Positions 26,875 to 36,764 of a stretch of 36,764 nucleotides of DNA are shown here, piece by piece. The notes beneath the pieces are model-generated. The model searched no databases. It was not told the DNA's origin and was given only the letters and a program-made list of their open reading frames with translations. The stretch's first letter is position 1; every line of letters begins with the position of its first letter. The translations under genes were made by a program, and so were the position numbers. The DNA is taken from NCBI GenBank assembly GCA_008636045.1, contig SNRW01000038.1, positions 1 to 36,764 on the forward strand, given 5' to 3'. The stretch comes from Streblomastix strix (lineage: Eukaryota).

Positions 26875-29800
26875 TCACTCACCATACATCAGAATTCTAC
26901 TTAATTCCTCATCTTCGTCAATTTATCCTTCATCGTCAACTCTTCTCCTTTTCTTTCCCTTTCCATCTCCAATTTCAACTGTATTCCCTTTCCCCTTCTT
27001 ATTATTCTTCTATTATATTCCTCCAATCTCCATCTCTTCATTATCAATATCTTCATTCTCCAACTTCCTTTCTTCTTTCCCTTCTTTTCTTCTTTCCTTT
27101 GATTTCTCCAGTAATACTTTCCCTATTTTCTTTCTTATTCCTTCATCTTATTCATCACCATATCCAGTACTATTAAATAATAGATAATAAAGAAATAAAT
27201 AATAAATAATACTGACAGTATTAATAAGTTAAGTTATAACTATTAATATTACAATTAATTATTTTATCAATCAATTAAACCTTCCTCTTGTAAATCTACC
27301 TGATGAATAATATTCATTATCAACTTTCCTTCTTGCTGCTTCTGTTGCCAAATGTGAAGATATGGCTGTAATTGAGAGAGCAGGTTATGGATGGGATGAT
27401 AATAATGATGATGAAATGTTCTTTTATTGACTTTGATTTTGAATTCTATAATCTGAGTAATTAATGTGATGATTTATATAATAGATAAAAAAGAATTAAA
27501 TGGATATAAGAAAGTTTTAAATAAATAAAAAAATACTTTATTCTTCTTTTCCTTCATCAGTCAATTCTGACATCAATTAATCAGACAAATCTAATTAATA
27601 AAATTGTAATGTAATTAATTAATCAATTAATAATAATTATTATATTAATATACTATTTGAAGCATCATCATCAGCGTATTCAATCACAAGATGTCTTCCA
27701 TATAAATGCACCTATCCCAATTGTTCCATTGCTCTCCTTATTGTATAATCAATAAAATATTAACTATTAAATAAATAATATATTTCTAATATACCTGCAT
27801 TCTTCACCAGACCCAAATTCAACAAATCCAAATCCTCTTAATTGTCCATCATGCTTCTTTGGTAATCTAATTGATTTGATTGTTCCATAAACTGAGAATA
27901 ATGATTTAATGTCTTATTGAGTTGTCTATTAGAAAATAGAATTACGATTAGATATACACGCATATATATGAATATAATATTATAATATAATATAACACAT
28001 CTTTATAAACAAATAACAAACCTAGAATGCAATATTTTTCACCAATAATTTAGTTCTCAATTTCTTCTTCTTATTCTCTTGTATTTATTCCTTCTCTTTA
28101 TTAATATTAATATTTTCTCCTTTGACTGTGTCTTCTATTGAATGAGATGGAGGAATATGTATATATTCATCTCCAAATGTTTCTTTTGTTATTTAATTTT
28201 GTTGTGATGATGATTATTGTCCTTTACTACTTTTCTTTAATTAATCTGAATCATCTAAATCTGATTGGGATGAAGTGGAATTTGCTGAAATTAAATAATA
28301 ATAAAAATAATAAGTAATAAAAAATTTATAATATAAATATTAACTATTTAAATATATTATTCATTTTCATCATAATTTAAAAGTTATACAAATTTAAATA
28401 GAAGGTTATATTCTTTGAGTAGCATGTGAGAGAGAAACTTCTACAACTCTTCCATCAAGAACAAGATGGCTCTAATATAATATGATATAAAATAAGATAT
28501 AAAATGTGATATGAAGAATTCTATTAGTAAATAAAATAAAATAAAATTTATTTATTAACTTTCAAAGCATTCATTGCTTCAATTGTTTCATCCTTAGATT
28601 TGAATTCAATAAAACAGAATCCCATTGATTATTCAACTATTTCACTTTCTTCTTCTTCTTTTTCTTCTTCTTCATTATCTTTTTCTAATTATTTCTTCAT
28701 TTTATTTAATTTCTTCATTATTTTCTTCTTTCTTTTTGGAATACTCACAGAAACAGGATAATATCCTCTTTTATTAATTTCTTATTTAATTATCTGTTCA
28801 GTTGATTTGAATGGAATGCCTTTCATGAATAAAGTTCTGCCAAATATTCCATGTTCAATATCATTATCTTCTTCACCTTCTCTTTCTTTAATTCTCTTCC
28901 GTTATTCATTCTTTTCATCTTCTTATCCATTTTAATTCATAAATACTCCTTCAGGTGCCCATTCAAGATATAGAGGAGCATCTCCATATCTTTTATATAC
29001 TAATTAATTAAAGGCTTTCTTTGCACCTTCTTTATCTTCATCTGAGAATTCAATTAATGCTATAACCTAGATATTAATAATATTAATTAATTAATGAATG
29101 CAAGCAAATAATGACAATAAGATATTATATGTATAATTAATGAGAATTATACCTTTGTTGGTGGCATAATGAATCTTAAAGGTCTTCTATTCCCTGCGGC
29201 TGAAGTGAACATTCTTTCTAATTCCCTAATTATAATAATAGATAATTAAATTGGAGAAATAAATTTATTCAAATCAATAATTTATTTTTCTTGTGTTTTA
29301 ATATTAATGAATTAATGCAATAATAAATACTTTGGATCAGTATTTGGCCCTAAATTCTTTATTATAATAATTCTGTCACTTCTCTTTATTTAAGGAGACT
29401 AATAACATTATAAAAAATAAAATTAATAATAATGAATATATAAATAATATCTGAATAATTATTATATTCCTTCATCATACATTAACATTCCCTTTAACAT
29501 TCTATTTCCCTTCATTCTTCATCATAATAATATTCATATCTATTCCTTCTTATTATAAATATTATTTCGTATCATTGACTACTTCAGATTGTGCAATAGC
29601 TGCTCTTGATGCAATTGATTACCCCTTATTCCATAAATACTGATTATTTTATCCATTATTATGAGATTATGATGAACCATCTCCTTTGAGCTCATCTATA
29701 TTTAGAATATCTCTTTTATTTACCTAAATGTTTAAAATAATAATTATTATAGTTTGAATATTAATATATGAATATATATTTCCATTTCCTTTATAATATC

Positions 29801-31781
29801 TATTCATACTCCATAAATATCAGCTACAGCTCCAACTGCATGATTTTCTCCAACAGTTACCGAACTCCAAACTTCTTCATTTAAAGATCTTTTCTTTATT
29901 TAATTCAGTCTCTTTTATTTAAATGATTGTGATAATACTAAATAATAAAAATAAATATAAATAAATAAATAATATATTTATTAATATATAAGATAATAAT
30001 TAATATTATATTAAGCTAAAAATAAAAATAACATTTTCCTTATTTTTCTTATTCATCTTCCATCATCTTAATCTCTTTCTCGGCTGGTGCTAAATGAATT
30101 ATCCTTCCTTAGAAAACATGCATTCCATCTTTATACATATAAGCCTATTATATATTAATACATTATAATAGGAATAAGTAGGAGAAGAAATAATATAATA
30201 AAATAACTCTCATACTTTTAATGCATCAATCGGTCTTGTAAATGAAATGAAACCTTATCCTTTTGCTTTCTTTGTATTGAAATCTCGAAGAATACGAATC
30301 TAATAAATAAAGAAAATAATAAAGAAAAATTTAATTTGAATAATAATAATAATAATAATTCTATACTTCACTCATTTCTCCAAATCTTTTAAAATATTGT
30401 CCAATTTCTTCTTCATTTGCATCATATGGAATATTTGTGACATATAATCTTCCAGTTTCAACCAATAACGAAGCATCTTCATTTGCAACCTTTATTTACG
30501 TATCTAATTTCTTTTATTTCCTATCAATAGATTTGTTTAAATTATTAACATTCTCTTATTATTCTTCATTTTATTATATTTTAACATCCTCATCTTTTTA
30601 TTCCTATTATTCATCATCCTTATTATCAACATCTAATTCTTCTCTCTTCCTCTTTTTCTTCATCATATTCATTATATCATCATCTTCTTCTTCTTCATCT
30701 TCATCTTCTTCTTCTTAATCAATTCTATTGTTGTCTTTCATTTTTGTATTCATTACATCATCAGGATCAAAGATTGCTTATTCTTCATCATCTTCATTAT
30801 CATCATCATCAAATACAATTTCTTCTTTAATATTATTATTCTATTACTGATCTTCTTTCCTCTTTTATTCTTTCTTTCCTTTTCTCTTTTTTTCTTTGTT
30901 TTCAACTTTCCCTTCTCTTTCATTATTCTGTTTCTATTCATCATCATTCATCCAAGATGGCTTTGTTGATGGTCTTTAATATGCTTAATTAATTAAAATG
31001 AATAATGTGAATTAAATTGAAAAATGTTAAATAAAAAATATTCAAAGAGTTATTTGGTCTTATTTAACTTACCTTGTCGAAGTTCTTTATCTTTTTCATT
31101 TTCATCCTTGTTTGCTTCTTTTGATTCTTTTCCTTTCTTCTTTCTTTTATCTTTATCCTTAACATCATTCTAATCCTTCCCCCTTATTCTGTTAATTTCT
31201 GAGATCATTCCTCATTATTCTTCAATTAATTATGTCATTTTCTATTTCATTGCTTAAACCTTAATATCTTTCTGTATATAATATATAATGATTATATAAA
31301 TAGTAATCAATTATATTTCAATAATGTATCTAACCTATTTCTCAAAAAATTCTTTCCTCTTTTACGACTTATTACTTTTAGGAATAGAAATTGAGACATC
31401 TCCAACCTAAAATATATATTCATAATTTCAAATAAAATAGAAAATAATTAATTAACTATGTTTGAATAAGTTTAAATACTGGTTTTGCAAGCTCAACAGT
31501 TATACGGGAAGTGTTTACAAATGTTTTATTAAAATGATTAACAGCATTTTAAGCAGTAACTTCATCTTTAAACCCAACAAATCCGAATTATCTTGACTTC
31601 CCATTCCTGGATGAAGTTAATAATAATAAATAAATAAAAATAATTGAAAAATATTAGATATTTACGTTTTTCTCTTAATAGAAGCATCAGTAACAGCTGC
31701 AAACGATGAGAAATGCTGACGAAGTCCTTCATCTTGAAAATAGTCAGGAAGACCGAATACTATTATGCGTTGTGATGACAT
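26875..31781 (-). CDS. MRD1: Multiple-RRM ribosome biogenesis factor RBM19/MRD1, about 18 introns; one in-frame TGA at 31212-31214
   Basis: RRM1 MSSQRIIVFGLP...NGKSRQFGFVGFK...FNKTFVNTSRITVELAKP; ETGRLYVTNIPY; PLYLEWAP; last RRM TKLLVKNIAF...IRLPKKHDGQLRGFGFVEF...HLYGRHLVIEYA. Stop at 26875-26877. Confidence 0.92.
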
Positions 31782-31857
31782 CTATTAAAAAACTATAGTA
31801 GTAAAATAAAAAATTGAAATTATATATTAAATTAATAAATTATATTAACGTGAAAAG

Positions 31858-32320
31858 ATATTTTGTTCATTTATTATTTTTGTTTTATGAATTTAAGGAA
31901 TTAATATATAAATAAGTGTAATTTTGAGGTAAAAGATAATAAAATAATTATATCTGACAATTAAAATCAATTAAATAGATTAATTATTTATTTGGCACGC
32001 GCTGTGCTCATTTTATTAAATAAAAAATACAAACCAATTTTGTGAAAGGGTGAGTTATTATCATTTCAAATAAAAAATTGGTTATAAGAAAATAAAATGT
32101 TTAGATTAAAAATTAATTAGATGAAGAATATATGATTCGACCTTAATGCCTTAAACAGGCTTTTTCACGAAGAGCTGAAATATAATTCATTATATGGAAT
32201 AATATTATGCAATTTTTGTAAGAAATTATTATATTTGTAAATATTTTTAGTATATGTAGAAATAAAACCTTGGTATTGAAATATCGCTCAAAAAATAAAA
32301 TTTTGAACTTACTGATCTAG
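31858..32320. repeat. Copy A of a ~460-bp duplicated intergenic element (between the BOP1 stop and the RBM19 start)
   Basis: Reverse complement aligns by eye along its whole length to 35860-36323, e.g. GACCTTAATGCCTTAAACAGGCTTTTTCACGAAGAGCTGA, TTTGGCACGCGCTGTG, TGTAGAAATAAAACCTTGGTATTGA. Confidence 0.95.
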
Positions 32321-32372
32321 GCTTTTTAATAAAATTTGGAATATAAACTACATTAATTTGACACTCTTTATT

Positions 32373-35300
32373 TCATGTGAACAATCGCACTACGCCATCA
32401 TCAAATCCTACGTAAATCCATGCCTCTCTTGCATGGAAAGCACAACAAATTGCAGAGGGAGTTTGTGTTTTTACTCTTTCTTCTCGTTATTTCCACATCC
32501 CCATTGTTTCTGATTCATCAGGTTCTACAATATCCTCATCTTTTAAATCTCCTATTCCTACTTTCCCCATTTTCTTCTCTTCTTCCCCAGTTTCTTTATT
32601 TATACTTTATCCATCTTCATCTTCATTATCTCCATCCTTCCTATATCTGCTATATCTCATTACTCTCCTTACTGGACCAAATAGAAGTTTTACAGGTACA
32701 ATTATAGGAGTAATCTCTTCTTCATATTCTTCTTCTTCTTATTCTTCTTACTCTTCATTAATTTCATTATCTTTATTCATTTCTTTTATCTTTCCTTTCT
32801 TTTTCACTATTCTTCGTATCTTCTTAATTGATACTCTTGAATGGACAATCTATTAATAAAACAATAGAAAATAATAATTTATATCAAAATTTTAATCAAT
32901 GTTTCAATATTATTTCATACTTATACTGTGCCTTTAGAAGTTGTCGCAGCAAATAAAGGAATGTTAGCTTAATAAATTAAAAATAAGTTAAAAAAATTAA
33001 TATTTTATTATTTTCACCTTTAATTTTCATTATATAGATAAAATCTTCTCATTTATAATGTATCATACATGCATCTGGGTGGAATGCAGTCGAATAGAAA
33101 GGCGAAGCTTTCGCTGTTAATGTTCGATATGGAGTCGTTGCTTCTGCTCCAAGATCAAACCAAACAATCTTACCATCTGTTGTACTCGCTATTAAATGAG
33201 ATCCTGTTTGAATAATAAGTTATAATAATAAATAAATATTAATTATCTAATTATCTATTAACCTTATGGATGAATAGAAATGGATGTTATCTATCTCATT
33301 CCTCCATGAAGTCTACGAACAGCTTGTCCTTTATCTAGACTATATATTTCTATATCTGAGATATTAATTGTTATATATTAGATATGAGGAAATAATAAAT
33401 AGTAATAAAATATTGAGCTTAAGATAATAAGTCGTACGTTTATCATTGGCAACAAAGAATTGAGGTTTCTTCGGATGAAAACAACCTGCAATTATATGCT
33501 TAGTTTTAGCTGAATATTATAAGATTAGAAATATATAGTAAATAATAATTAATTAATATAATGATTCATTCAATTAAACCTGTTGGTTTAACACTTTCTC
33601 TTTTCCTTATATTGTGAATAAGAAGAGTAGAATCAGAAGAAGATGAAGAAACAGATGAGAGATATTCTCCATTATTATGCCAAGATATGTGTGTAATTGG
33701 CTGAGATGAGAATATAGATAAATTAAATAAATTAAATGATAATGAATAAGAGTAACAATTCTCAATGATACAAAATAGTATTTATTGTATTAAAACCTTT
33801 CTATGTTCAATTGTCAATAAAATTCCATCTTTTTCAGGAGCAGGTGAAGCTACAGACCAAATTGCTGGATAATATAAATATAAATATTATTAATATAAAT
33901 ATAAATAATATACCATGTTTAGTGGCTCTAATCTATTTAGCACTAATTTAATTTTTCTATTATTTCTTAATAGTATTATTCTTATCTTTTCCCTTTTATT
34001 CATCTTCACTATCTTCATCATCTTCATCTTCACTATCTTCCTCTTCTTCCTCATCTTCATTGTCATTTTAATTCTTTTAATCTTTGATTTCAGGAAGTTA
34101 TTCATTATTTGGTATTAATCCATCTTCATTTTCACGCATTTCTTTCCATTTACGTTTTAATTGAGCTGAATGAAGAGTTTCTATGTTAAAGAAAGTAATA
34201 TAAAGTTATGAAAAGCTTATTTATTTTAAAAAATTGAGATTTAATAAAAATAATAAATTACTAGTTTTATTTCCAAATAATTCATTCTCATAATAATTCA
34301 TCAATATACCATTTTCTCCTTTCTCATTTCCTAAGATATTCTTTCCTTTATTATAAACTATATTTCCTGCTCCTATAAATCTTCTTGCATAATAAGTATC
34401 TCTATAAATTATACAAATTAATTGTTTATAATAAAATGAATTTTAAATATAATAAATCCTATAAAAATAAATAATATACTTTGGATGTAAACAAGGAGAA
34501 TACAAATAGACACTTTATCCACTTCCTATTGCAAGAATAGGTTTACAATTTACTTATTATTGTTCATTATTAGATGTAGATGTAGTGAAATGTTGTTATT
34601 CCTGAAATAAACGAATATAGTTATATAAAATACATTAACAGTAATAATTATCATATAAAAGGATTTTCAAACTTATATTCCAGAGTGAGGATTCCATTAT
34701 AGTGTTGTTATTTCTGAAGGAAGTTGAAGTGAGCGAAGACAACGACCTAAATAAAGAATAAATATATTATTGAGAGTTTAAAATAATATCAAATATTAAC
34801 AATGAGTTTATTAGTAATAATGAGACCTGTTATTATATCCCATATTCTTACACATCTGAAATAATAAATAATCAAAGTAATGAAAAATAAAATAAGATTA
34901 TATTATTCATATTAATATTCATATCAATATAATTAATATATTCAAACCCATCCTGTGCGCCTGTTGCTAAATACTATCCTCCATTCATATTAGCTTTTCC
35001 AGGACCTCCCTTAATGAAATATTATAATAAAGTAAATGTATAATTATATATAATTCATCTTAATATTATTTTAATTATAAATAAATTTACTCATATTCTA
35101 ATATTTAAAATTCAATAACAAACAAGCATCATTGATATTGCAGTTACACTGGATGAATGCCCCCTCAACTCCATTGTTAATTCCTTTATTTAAATATAAG
35201 ATGAATGTATTAATAAATTATATAATATTAATATAGGTCAGTAATATACTTATGGATAAGGCCTTAAATCTTAAGGATCAGGTAATTTAGGTAAAAGACT

Positions 35301-35488
35301 ATTTGGATCTTCAATATTAATCTTCTTTCTTTATATTCGTGGAAACATATACAAGTCCATATATCTCTGCATTTAATCCCTTGAATATACAAATAAACAA
35401 TATAAATATGATTTATATGATAATATTAATCTTTCATTTATATTATATCTATTTGTTTTTACGTTTATTAAACCTCAATAATCCATCA
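32373..35488 (-). CDS. BOP1: BOP1/ERB1 C-terminal part (WD40 propeller), 5'-truncated at ~35488, intron-rich
   Basis: DGLLR|DQMQRYMDLYMFPRIQRKKINIEDPNSLLPKLPDPQDLRPYP, LRGHSSSV, GGQYLATGAQDG, IVWFDL, PIIVPVKLL, AFHAREAWIYVGFDDGVVRLFT*. The ending matches the BOP1 C-terminus RLFT*. No BOP1 sequence continues upstream on this strand. Confidence 0.9.
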
Positions 35489-35809
35489 ATTCTTCCTCAA
35501 TAAAATTCCTCTTCTTAAATACCATCAAATATTCCATCTATATAACAGTATTCTCAACAACCATTTACACCATCTCAAAATATTCTTTCTGCATTAGCTG
35601 CTCAATAAGCTGGAGGAATCTCTCAATCTGCTCAGCCTCAGTAACTCGCGTTGTAACAATAACTGGTACTTCAGTAGCGACTTGCACTTTAACAGCAGGC
35701 TTAACTACAATCCCAAGGTTCGCAACTTGGAGTATAGTCGAAGGATCAAACAGAAATGATCCAAGCACTGATCCGACGCCAGCAATCTCCATTTCAAAAG
35801 CCAATATGA
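35471..35809 (+). CDS. 3' fragment of an unknown Gln-rich gene (no start; begins at the junction)
   Basis: With TAR=Gln it reads NNPSILPQQNSSSQIPSNIPSIQQYSQQPF...QQLALQQQLVLQQRLALQQQAQLQ...EMIQALIRRQQSPFQKPI*. Mixed CAA/CAG/TAA/TAG Gln codons and higher GC than the flanks indicate coding sequence. Confidence 0.7.
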
Positions 35810-35859
35810 GATTTTAATACACATAATAAATATATTTAATATTAATTTGATTTTAGGGT

Positions 35860-36323
35860 CTAGATTAGTGAGTTCAAAATTTTTACTTTTTGAGTGATAT
35901 CTCAATACCAAGGTTTTATTTCTACATATAATATAAATATTTACAAATATAATAACTCCTTACAAAAATTGCATAGTATTATTCCATGTAAAGAACTATA
36001 TATCAGCTCTTCGTGAAAAAGCCTGTTTAAGGCATTAAGGTCCAGTCATATATTCTTCATCTAATTAATTTTTAATCTAAACATTTTATTTTCGTATAAT
36101 CATAATTATATTTACAATGATAATAACTCCCCCTTTCACAAAATTGGTTTGTATTTTTTATTTAATAAAATGAACACAGCGCGTGCCAAATTAATAATTA
36201 ATCTATTTAATTGTTTTAAATGGTCAATTATTATTATTTTATTATCTTTTACCTCAAAATTACACTTATTAATCTATTAATATCTTAAATTCATAATTCA
36301 AAAATAAAAAATGAACAAAATAT
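35860..36323. repeat. Copy B of the ~460-bp duplicated intergenic element (between the Q-rich gene stop and the BOP1 start), inverted relative to copy A
   Basis: Colinear reverse-complement match to 31858-32320 with scattered substitutions and small indels. Confidence 0.95.
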
Positions 36324-36371
36324 ATTGCTACCATTATTGAAAATTATTATTTATATTTTAATTATCTAAAG

Positions 36372-36764
36372 ATGCTTGGCTAGTATCGAACTTAAATCCA
36401 ACGAGCTGTTGATCCGTTAACACGGCGCACGGTCCATGATGATGAAACTGGAGAAGATATTGTGCTCACAAATGAAGAGATCGAACTTCTAATGCGCATA
36501 TCTAATGGTGCTTTTGCAACAGAATAGTCTGACAGAGAATTTGTTTGCATAATATTCTTTATTCAAATTAATTATTATTACTCTCACATCTCGTACAGTA
36601 TCCAATCTTTGACTATGATTCTATTCATCCTGTGTCAAATCGTCCAACACCAAAAAGCTCATTTTTACCTTCAAAATTGGATTCTAGAATTATTGTCCGT
36701 CTTGTAAGAAGACTTAATAAAGGAACTATTGGATAGCCAATCAAAAAGAAAGAAGAGAATCTTT
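36372..36764 (+). CDS. BOP1: BOP1/ERB1 N-terminal part (BOP1NT domain), exons 36372-36542 and 36599->end; runs off the window
   Basis: DPLTRRTVHDDETGEDIVLTNEEIELLMRISNGAF...IHPVSNRPTPKSSFLPSKLDSRIIVRLVRRLNKG matches BOP1NT (DP..WRTV.D..TG..V.LT.E...HP..NRP..KRSF.PS). Intron GTTTGC...CAG at 36543-36598. Confidence 0.88.

Noticed and set aside
32130..32222. U5 or other spliceosomal snRNA
   Set aside because: GCCTTAAAC is not the invariant U5 loop GCCTTTTAC, and I found no U1, U2 or U6 signature sequences.
35565..35804. 79-aa minus-strand ORF as the missing BOP1 upstream exon
   Set aside because: No BOP1 similarity; it is the antisense shadow of the plus-strand Q-rich fragment.

Overview
Very AT-rich, intron-containing eukaryotic (protist) DNA that uses a non-standard code: TAA/TAG = Gln, TGA = stop. 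Most of the supplied standard-code ORFs are therefore fragments or off-frame artefacts. Code, intron style and codon usage suggest an oxymonad such as Streblomastix (inference only). Read with TAR=Gln, the window holds: a small IBB-like/acidic ORF; a ~3,970-aa WNK kinase with huge TAA-encoded polyQ arrays; an AFG2/SPATA5L1-like double-AAA ATPase; a ~2,475-aa C2/EF-hand PSD2-type phosphatidylserine decarboxylase; RBM19/MRD1; BOP1/ERB1 present as two halves on opposite strands; and the 3' end of a Q-rich gene. Main anomalies: (1) isolated in-frame TGA codons, all followed by G, inside otherwise intact genes, which may mean context-dependent decoding of the only remaining stop codon; (2) an inversion-like junction at ~35,480 that splits BOP1; (3) a ~460-bp intergenic element duplicated in front of both BOP1 and RBM19. 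All translations and exon boundaries were done by eye.
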